Source of the DNA: a virus
Lineage: Duplodnaviria > Caudoviricetes
DNA: 64,000 nt
Reading direction: 5' to 3' (one strand)
Virus record (IMG/VR): IMGVR_UViG_3300001598_000048
Span: 1-64,000 of that record
Under the pieces are notes generated by a model. It searched no databases. It worked only from the letters and a program-made list of their open reading frames with translations, and was not told the origin of the DNA. A program made the position numbers and the translations under genes. Shown piece after piece: positions 56,364-64,000 of the stretch (the stretch's first letter is position 1; each line of letters begins with the position of its first letter).

Positions 56364-58219
56364 TCTTTTTTATCTACTCCTAGATACGCACGTTTACCTG
56401 CTTCGACTTGACGAGCCGCGCTAAATGAAGATACACGTTTTAGATATCCGATAATTCTAGTTGCATAATCAACATCATCTGAACCGCATTCTGGACAAGT
56501 ACCAAAAGTATGTTTGCTAATATGACCACAATTATTACAGATGGTATTCATAACATTATAAGTGAAGTATGAACATCCTTCAGCAACTGCAACGTCCATT
56601 AATTTACGATATTGTTCTGCGGTTAAATGTTCATCTAAATTATTATGAAGCGCGCTACCACCATCACATTGACCTGTAAAATTATTTCCATGATAGCGGA
56701 ATTTTTTAATTGGATCAATAGATTTATCTTCAACTAAATAGAAATAAGAATTATAACAATCTCTTGGAACAATATAACCATCTTTTTTATCCCATTTTGC
56801 ATTCTTAACGCCTAACGATTCCGCAGGAACAAATTCAGTATTAAATTTAGCGTGTTCTTCTCTTGCGCTTACATTCATTTCGTGAATTGTATTTAAAATA
56901 TCAGATGCAAACTGTTTATATTTGTCATTATTTGGATTAATTTCAATTCCTAAAAATTCTGCTGCTTCAACGAAACCATTGATACCAATTGTTAAATATT
57001 GTCTATCTAAATCAATAAATCCGGCATCATAAATAGTTAATAATCCACCATTTTTATAATCCCAAATAATTTCATTAAATGCTTTTAAATATTTATGAAT
57101 ACGAGAAACTATTGCGGCTAAATATTCCTTTAAAGGAACTTGTTGTTCTCTATACCAATCTTGAACAATGCGGTTTAAATTCATTGTAATAACGCCTTTT
57201 GAACCTGTTTCAATTCCACCTGCGCCAAGTGTATAAGAGAAGATATTATCTTCAATGCCGTTTCTAAGTCTGCAACAAGATGATAATGAATCTACACTTT
57301 CACTTTGATACATAAAGAACGATGCGCCTTCAGCCCACATTTTACAAGCGAATGCCGCAGTTTCTGGATCTGAATATACGCCATTTGGAGTATGCATATT
57401 AACTGTTTCAACTGGGAAAGTTAAAATAGTTTTAAGACGTTCTTTATTAAATCAATCAGCATAAAGTTTTTGTATTTCTTTTGTTGTTTTCCAACAAGGT
57501 TCATCTCCATCTGGAAATACGAAATCTTTAAAAATTGCTTCAAAATAATCGTGATCGAAATATGCAATATTTAAGAATATTGATTGATATCCACGTGCAC
57601 CCGCAGGTTGATTTACTGTATAAGTAATTTGTTCAAAATATTGTTGCAATTTTTCTCTTAATGTTACTTCTGGTTTTGATTGTCCCCATAAATATTCTAC
57701 TGTATCATCTAAATGATTAATATAATCTTGACCATAATCAATACGTGCAAAATGATCAAAATAAGTTAATGCTTCTGGAGTTGCTGTTGCTCCTGCAAAT
57801 TGTCCCGCAACGAGGAATACTAAATTGATAAAAGAACCGCAAAATGAACGTAAATGTTTAGGCGCAGTTGATCCGCCACCAATTTTTGTTAATCCATCTA
57901 AAAGATATGGATATAATGAAATTGAACAGCAATATGGGAATATTGAAGTTTCATCGTGTTTATAAATAATATGATGTGCTAAATCAATTTCATATTGTTT
58001 TGCCAATTCCGCATTATATTTTTTAGTTAATTTTAAACGCATTAATTCTCTATTGAGTGCGATAAAATTCTTTTTAGGCAATTCTGCCGCAAGTGTCGCA
58101 ATATTTTTAGTTGCTACATTTGCATTTTGGTCTACTTCACTACCTGACGCCGCATTTTTGGCAATCATATAGTTTTGCATAAACTCAATTTGTTGTTCTA
58201 ATGTTTGTTCTAAACTCAT
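56357..58219 (-). CDS. nrdD: Class III (anaerobic) ribonucleotide reductase (620 aa, one TGA)
   Basis: NANVATKN, YKHDE, YCCSI, TFPVET, SCCRL, EFVPAE, GGSALH, CNNC/CPEC, TRIIGYL; TGA at 57452. Confidence 0.95.
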
Positions 58220-58221
58220 TT

Positions 58222-58458
58222 TTAAACCTCTTCAAACTTTCCTGTATTTTTAAATCTTCTTAATAAATCAAGTGCATCTTTGTATTTGTATTTAGTTCCG
58301 TTGATGCAAAGAACAGGAACCGATGATATTCCTAACTCAGACATCACATCTGCATCTTGACAATCAGTGTAAGAAAGTTTACAAGCGTCGAGTTCACGTT
58401 TAAGCATTTTACACATTCCGCAAGTTGGTAAAGAATATACTATGATACTATCTTCCAT
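58222..58458 (-). CDS. Glutaredoxin/NrdH-like redoxin
   Basis: YSLPTCGMC, SSVPVL. Confidence 0.8.
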   Translation of the reverse strand: MEDSIIVYSLPTCGMCKMLKRELDACKLSYTDCQDADVMSELGISSVPVLCINGTKYKYKDALDLLRRFKNTGKFEEV

Positions 58459-58492
58459 ATATTATCTCCTATATTTTTTTTGTATGTATATT

Positions 58493-58521
58493 ATTATAGT
58501 TTTAATTTTGGGTTTTGTCAA
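58493..58521 (-). promoter_or_regulatory. sigmaA-type promoter of the RNR cassette
   Basis: TTGACA-N17-TATAAT on the minus strand. Confidence 0.85.
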
Positions 58522-58538
58522 AAGAGGACAAATAAAAA

Positions 58539-58560
58539 AAGATTCTCCGAAGAGAATCTT
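58539..58560 (-). terminator. Intrinsic terminator after the major-tail-like gene
   Basis: AAGATTCTC-CGAA-GAGAATCTT with T-run on the minus strand. Confidence 0.8.
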
Positions 58561-58570
58561 CCATAAAATA

Positions 58571-59236
58571 TTAACTTCTATTTACAATTGAGTAGAAGAA
58601 TTTATGTTTACAGCTTGCGCCTGATGTATCGCCAACAGTAATTTCAGTAGGAATTAAATCTCCATTGAGATCAAATACTGCGGCATCACCTTCAGCATCT
58701 TGATTTAAATTAAATATTGAATCTGGTAAGAAATTATAGAAAATAATACCAACATTCTTTTGTTCACCTTTTTTGTCAACAAAATATGTTTCACCAATAA
58801 TAGTTTTTGATGAATTGAAATCTTCTCCTATATTTAATGATTCTAATGTTTTTGCTGCTGTTCCTTCACTAACATAGTTAGCTACACCACCACAAAGATG
58901 ATCAATAGCATTAACATCTCCTAAAGCATCTTGCATTTCTAATCTGGCTTTTTTACCAAATTTTAATAATGGACTAGTAGATTGTCCGCCAGTAATAGTT
59001 TTATTTGGTCCTTCAAGAGTAACATTTGAAACTTTTAAATATTTTAATTCACAAAGTGCTGAAGCAGTAGCAGTAGATAAAGTATCTCAAATAGCACTTG
59101 CTGTTTGAGTAGCAAAACTTGAAGCATAAGTACTATTTTCGAATACATAAGCATTCATTACTGTTACAACACCGAATTCTTTCATTAAACTATCAAATGT
59201 TAAAGAAGTACCTTCTAAACGTGAATAATTAGCCAT
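58571..59236 (-). CDS. Probable major tail protein (221 aa, one TGA)
   Basis: ATG at 59236 with RBS GAGG; TGA at 59087; ITGG...LEMQDALG; position after the neck genes. Confidence 0.55.
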
Positions 59237-59251
59237 GTTATAACCTCTTAT

Positions 59252-59983
59252 TTATTTTATAAAGAAATCCAATTTCTTGCCTTTCTTTACATTTCCAGCC
59301 GCATATGCTTTTTCATTAAAGCGATAAGACACTTCTCCAGCGGCCATTTTTTGGAGTCAGTGAATTTGAGCCATTGTTTGATCAAGCAAATAATCAAAAG
59401 TTAATGAAGGAAAACTATAAGTAATAGATAAGATGACCTTGCTTAATCCATCAGCGTCGCTTTCCTTTTGAGCCTTTATCTTTTTGATTTTTTCTTCTGT
59501 TTCTTGTTGTTTAAGAAGCATAGCTTGTATCTCTGGAGTAAGATTATTAAGAGGTTGAGTTGTCTTTACTCCACATGTTAATTTTAATATATATACAATA
59601 TAATTTCAAATTTCAGATATTATAGTAACACCGTCAATTTTAATTATTTTTTCCGCATATATTATTTCTGCGGTAGGACAAATTTCTTTTAAAACGTCTA
59701 CCATTTGATTCGCAATCGAATTATATTCTTTATACATTCCTAATTCAAAAATAATTGTTTTAACATAATCATATGTATAGTTTAATTTAATTTTAGGAAA
59801 AAGTTTTAATCATTGCGCTTCATTCATTGTTCATAAATGGAAAATAGAATTCCATTTATCGTCAGAATAAAATGCTCTAACTGGTTTACAATGAATATTA
59901 ATTTTATTTTTTTTATCAATAATAATTGATATTATTTTCGTAGCGAATAATCTTGTAATACTGAAATTATCAGTAATTTCCAT
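59252..59983 (-). CDS. Hypothetical tail-module protein (243 aa, 4 TGA), absent from the ORF track
   Basis: Coupled ATG at 59983; open to TAA at 59252. Confidence 0.65.
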
Positions 59984-60489
59984 TATAATTCCGCCTTTCT
60001 TATAGAGATTTGATTATTAAAATTAAAACTAATACGATATCCGAAATGAGATTCTGAATAAGTTACAGCAGATGCGTAAGTAATACCTATTTCTCCTGCC
60101 GCCGAAAGTTTGATTCCGTCTAAACTATTTGTGACTTCATTAATAAGTTGTAAAAGTCTGTTTTTATTATTTTTCAATATTACATGCGCATAATCAGTAC
60201 CAACGAAAATATAGCCGCTTGCACGAGTTTCATCAGTAGATAAATTCATATCATTTAAATGAATTACTAAAAAAGTATTTCTATCTTTATTTTTTAAACC
60301 GCTTTCAATACGTGGTGCTAAAGATATGTATTCTTGATCAAGTAATTGTTGAAATGTAAGTGGAGTAAAAGATTCAGACATATCATTTTTATCTAAAACT
60401 AAAAGTTTTTGAAGATTTTGATTTTGACTTAATACTTGTCCCATTTCAAATAAAGTTTTCTCTATAATAAGTATTTTATTTTGGTTCAT
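59983..60489 (-). CDS. Probable tail terminator/completion protein
   Basis: Position in the neck-tail junction; positional call. Confidence 0.45.
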   Translation of the reverse strand: MNQNKILIIEKTLFEMGQVLSQNQNLQKLLVLDKNDMSESFTPLTFQQLLDQEYISLAPRIESGLKNKDRNTFLVIHLNDMNLSTDETRASGYIFVGTDYAHVILKNNKNRLLQLINEVTNSLDGIKLSAAGEIGITYASAVTYSESHFGYRISFNFNNQISIRKAEL

Positions 60490-61331
60490 TAAATCACCTC
60501 ATAATTAGTAACAACATTTTGTCCATTTGATTTTGTCGTAATAGTTACTTCATCAACGCCAAATGGAATAGCAAATGTAACAGATGTACTAGATAAATTT
60601 GATGATTTAACTTCTTTGTTTGATGATAAGAAATAGCCGTTTTCTGTGCTTAAAGTGATTGGAATTCCCGCACTTATCTTATATTTTCCTGTAGTTGGAT
60701 TATATGTTGGTGTAGAAATTATATCTGGATTTTCAATTACTGGTTGTTCAATTACGCCAGTAGTCGCAGATCCGCTTTTATCTTTACTCATTGTGCCAAG
60801 TTTTAATGTATAATAAGTTATACCTGCAGTAGAGATATTATCCATTTCTTGAACAGTAAATGAACGATTTGAAATAAGTATTTTATCATCAATATTAAGC
60901 GGTTGACCGCCTAAGATAAGAATAGGATGTTGTTGCGATTGCAATAACACTTTTTCTTTTAGTGCTACATTAATAGCACTTTCTTGTGGACCTTTAAAGA
61001 ATCCATAATTAGTGCCAACTTGAGTATTACATAAATATGCTAAATACTTATGAAATTTTACATTTTTAATTATAACGAATTCTTCTGAAATTAATCAATG
61101 ACAATTTTTTGCAGATCAAACACTTCCAATATCAAGTGGATCTGAAGTATAAGTATATATATATGCTAAATCCTTCTCTTGTCTATTTACAATCGCCGCA
61201 GTTTTAGCCACGCCTGTAGTGCTTGTAATAGTAGTAGAAGGATAACCGTTAAAAACAAATTTAGTACTTATATTATCGTTTGCTACTACTCTATCTTGAT
61301 TTAATTTTTTAAATCTTTCGAAACTATTCAT
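60489..61331 (-). CDS. Probable head-closure or neck protein (280 aa, 2 TGA)
   Basis: Track ORFs 61116-61331 and 60489-60950 share one frame across TGA at 61116 and 61095. Confidence 0.55.
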
Positions 61332-61849
61332 TAGTTAATATCCCCTAACGATGGTTTCTTTGTAGCAGAAACACGACTATAACGATTTTCTAAATCTCTA
61401 GCATTACTACGATATTGATCGAGTAATTTAATATTTTTATCTACTGCGTTTGCACGAGAGAAGGTTTTGATATTTGAATCTGTATAAATATCTTCAAAAT
61501 TATCAGCATTAGAGATTTGATATTCGCACCAATATACTTTCATTCAAGCGATAATAATTTCTATTTCTGCTTGAGTTAAATCGTTATTAAAATAAGCGTG
61601 CGGAATCGCATCATCATAACCTTCTTGTTCAGGAGTAATTATGATAAGACTATGATCTCGATTTCTAATTGCTCTAAAAGTAGTATAACTAATATCTATT
61701 TTAGGAAACTTGAAAGCGCAAATTGCGCGGCATGCTAAATAATAACATTCTTCATCAATATTATCTTCAGTGATTACGCCATAATATTCACCACGAATAG
61801 TAGCACGAAATGGTGGATATAAAACATCATCCCAATATTGATTTGGCAT
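61331..61849 (-). CDS. Probable head-tail adaptor (172 aa, one TGA)
   Basis: EIEIIIA[TGA]MKVYW joins two track ORFs; F.FPK and LT..EIEIIIA.M pattern. Confidence 0.6.
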
Positions 61850-61873
61850 AGTTTTTACCTCTTATTGGTTTTA

Positions 61874-62353
61874 CTATTCACCGTCTATTGTTAATTGAAC
61901 TTTGTATAAAGATTCAAGCATTTTAACTACGCCTTGAGTTAATTCAGACACATTAGCAGTTATGACATCCATAACTTTATCTTGACCGAAATCTTCACCG
62001 GCTTTCATAATAGCGGCTCTGTTTCCTGATTTAAGAATAGCAAGAATCTCTGCATCACGATTTACAGATGCAGGAACAAAATCTAAAACTTCATCAAAAT
62101 ATACACCTGCTTCAATAGCTGCTTTAACAATAGCGTCATTATCATCAAAAGTAATATATCCTTGTTTATACATTGAATAAACATCTTCATCTAAGAATAC
62201 GCCTAATGCCCAATCTAATGGTAAAGATTGTTGTGGAAGTCTATTTGTTAAATGAATTTTTCTAACAAGAGTGTTATTAGAAACTGGACGTAAATCAAAT
62301 AATACTTCCATTGGTGTAGTTTTAATAAGTTTAAAATTTCTATTTTCAGACAT
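61874..62353 (-). CDS. Hypothetical head-module protein (159 aa)
   Basis: RBS AGGAG; follows the capsid gene. Confidence 0.6.
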   Translation of the reverse strand: MSENRNFKLIKTTPMEVLFDLRPVSNNTLVRKIHLTNRLPQQSLPLDWALGVFLDEDVYSMYKQGYITFDDNDAIVKAAIEAGVYFDEVLDFVPASVNRDAEILAILKSGNRAAIMKAGEDFGQDKVMDVITANVSELTQGVVKMLESLYKVQLTIDGE

Positions 62354-62380
62354 TTTCTATGTCTCCTTTCTTTAATTTTT

Positions 62381-62413
62381 AAAAAGGGAGAAGAGAGAAA
62401 AACTCCTCTCCCC
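62381..62413 (-). terminator. Terminator after the major capsid gene
   Basis: GGGGAGAGGAG-TTTTT-CTCTCTTCTCCC-TTTTT on the minus strand. Confidence 0.7.
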
Positions 62414-62428
62414 GTAAAATAAGTTTAA

Positions 62429-63499
62429 TTAGTTAGTAATTTTAATTACAGCGTAGTTGTTAGCCATTGCAACGCCAACACCGAGCATTTTGTGAGCTTC
62501 CCATTTTTCTGAACCAGTAGCTTGTTCATTTCTCTTGATGTATAAATCGCCTTTCATAGCAACTTTTACAGGTTTAGCTCCACTTGGGATTACGAATACA
62601 TAATTGCTTGCATAAGCCCATTTATCGTTAGTTTTGTCTTCTAAGTAGTTAGGTAATTCAACAACGTTAACTCCTTTGTATACTTGAACGAAACCAACAT
62701 TTCTAATATCCATTGAGTCTTGGTTATTAGGATATCCTGCAGCATATGTTGTATTAGCAATTGGGTTGTATAAGTTTTGTAATTCTTTATAGAAACCGAA
62801 AATTGTTGGAACGCCATATTGTTTTACATATTGCATAACAATATCAATTGCTGCTCCCATAGTTTCTTTAGTTGTTAAGATGTTTCTATTAGAATCATAG
62901 TTATGGTTTCCAGAACCACTTGTAGCTGTACCAACGATCTTTTCATAAGGAGCGCCTGCAGCTGGTGTAGCACTGATTAATGCGTTATAAACTTCTTTAT
63001 AAACGACTTCTTGGAATCCTTCAACGATGTTATTGAATAATTCGCCTAATGTAATAGTTCCAAGTAATAATTCTTCTAAAGTTACATAGATACCAACAGT
63101 ATAAACATCAACTGGTAATGAGAAATACTTATTGTCTAATTTAGCAGCTCTATAGATACCGCCTCTTGCGCCTTTAGAAATAGTGAGTTTTGCACGTTTC
63201 TTTCCGATCTTTTCGATATCGAAAATAACTTCTGCGTCTCTTGCGAAAGTTTTAACTTCAGCAAATTGACCCATGATACCTTGAATCTTAGCAGGTAATA
63301 CTTCATCTACTAATTCTTCAACGATTGCGAATGCACTAGCTTCAGCTCTTTCAATTTCTTTATAAGTCGAATTTTCAGATAAACCGATTTCTTTTGCTAA
63401 AGCGTTAATAGCAGCTTCATTAACTTCTTGTGCTGAGAAGTTTGTGCTAGGTTGATTAGTTAAAGCGGCGATAATGCCTTTTCTTAATTCGTTTGTCAT
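62429..63499 (-). CDS. Major capsid protein (356 aa)
   Basis: Size, position, high-expression codon bias, HK97-like pattern (FAEVKTF, VVELPN, KPVKVAMKG); both Trp codons TGG. Confidence 0.8.
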   Translation of the reverse strand: MTNELRKGIIAALTNQPSTNFSAQEVNEAAINALAKEIGLSENSTYKEIERAEASAFAIVEELVDEVLPAKIQGIMGQFAEVKTFARDAEVIFDIEKIGKKRAKLTISKGARGGIYRAAKLDNKYFSLPVDVYTVGIYVTLEELLLGTITLGELFNNIVEGFQEVVYKEVYNALISATPAAGAPYEKIVGTATSGSGNHNYDSNRNILTTKETMGAAIDIVMQYVKQYGVPTIFGFYKELQNLYNPIANTTYAAGYPNNQDSMDIRNVGFVQVYKGVNVVELPNYLEDKTNDKWAYASNYVFVIPSGAKPVKVAMKGDLYIKRNEQATGSEKWEAHKMLGVGVAMANNYAVIKITN

Positions 63500-63517
63500 T
63501 TTCTTATACCTCTCTAA

Positions 63518-64000
63518 CTATTTAATGAACATATAATGATATGCTGTAGTTCCATCTGCTAAAGTTGTGCAAGTGAAAAAATCATCAGATTGACCAACAC
63601 CGTCAGTTGAAGCGATAGAAACAATTCTTCCATATAATGGATCAGAAGCATTAGAACCTAATTCTAATGACATATCTGACATCCATTCATCACCAGGCAT
63701 TAATTGAACTAATCTTAAGCATTCATGATTGATGTCTGTTGAATAGAATTTATTAGCATTAAATACTGTGTTTAATGGTTCATTGTAAACAATGAATAAT
63801 GAATCACCAACGACTGGATCTTTGATACCATCTTTACCGATAGTAACGATATGACCATTAGCGATATGATTAGTTGTAGCAGTAGATGTACTGTCTGCTA
63901 AATTATATTTTTCTTGTGTAAAAGTACTATTTGTTGAAGCAACTGGTAATTGAGAAACTACAAATCCAGGTTGTAATCCTTTTAAATTGTTAGGTTCAAC
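63518..64000 (-). CDS. Capsid-associated (decoration/cement-like) protein, start outside the window
   Basis: Frame open from 64000 to the stop at 63518 with no TGA; VEPNNL...Q and L..GDEW pattern; directly upstream of the capsid gene. Confidence 0.55.
   Translation of the reverse strand, partial: VEPNNLKGLQPGFVVSQLPVASTNSTFTQEKYNLADSTSTATTNHIANGHIVTIGKDGIKDPVVGDSLFIVYNEPLNTVFNANKFYSTDINHECLRLVQLMPGDEWMSDMSLELGSNASDPLYGRIVSIASTDGVGQSDDFFTCTTLADGTTAYHYMFIK

Noticed and set aside
17269-57454. TGA as selenocysteine
   Set aside because: TGA aligns to Trp-type contexts rather than catalytic Cys, and is too widespread
26863-58219. Inteins or introns in dnaB, dnaE, gyrA/B or nrdD
   Set aside because: Frames are continuous, motif spacing is normal, and no splice-junction or homing-endonuclease motifs were seen
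1-62000. Fragmented ORFs as pseudogenes or sequencing errors
   Set aside because: The breaks I traced are all in-frame TGA with no frameshifts, often at conserved Trp positions of essential genes
1-64000. Uniform code 4 in a code-4 host
   Set aside because: Disfavoured, not excluded: 60/60 TGG in the replisome is hard to explain if TGA were always readable
1-64000. Suppressor tRNA, release factor or theta ribozyme
   Set aside because: No cloverleaf, T-loop or RF motif recognised by eye; tRNAscan-SE or ARAGORN on the full genome is needed
1-64000. CRISPR array or IS element
   Set aside because: No regularly spaced repeats, transposase or terminal inverted repeats observed

Overview
A 64-kb slice of a large, very AT-rich tailed dsDNA phage (Caudoviricetes, siphovirus-like). 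The likely host is an anaerobic low-GC Bacillota or Mollicutes-type bacterium, judging from sigmaA-consensus promoters, a class III RNR and a BMP lipoprotein. The phage reads TGA as Trp: the fragments of the code-11 ORF track join in frame across TGA into full genes, and every gene end I checked is TAA or TAG. TGA use is stratified by function. Ten core replisome genes carry 60 Trp codons, all TGG. Tail, neck, tape-measure and several nuclease or nucleotide genes need TGA read-through (20 TGA vs 2 TGG in one 1858-aa tail gene). Layout: tail-fibre array (minus, 1-9 kb); DNA metabolism and replication block (plus, 9.6-37.6 kb); BMP lipoprotein and holin-like genes (minus, 37.6-39.7 kb); RuvC (plus); tail, neck and head module (minus, 40.7-64 kb) interrupted by an nrdH-nrdD-nrdG cassette. 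Other signals: strong two-strand enrichment of TGCGG/CCGCA, a candidate pseudoknotted RNA at about 19.1 kb, and host-like nucleobase/nucleoside uptake genes. I saw no tRNA, release factor, CRISPR array, integrase or endolysin in the window. All counts are by hand and function calls come from recalled motifs, not database searches.
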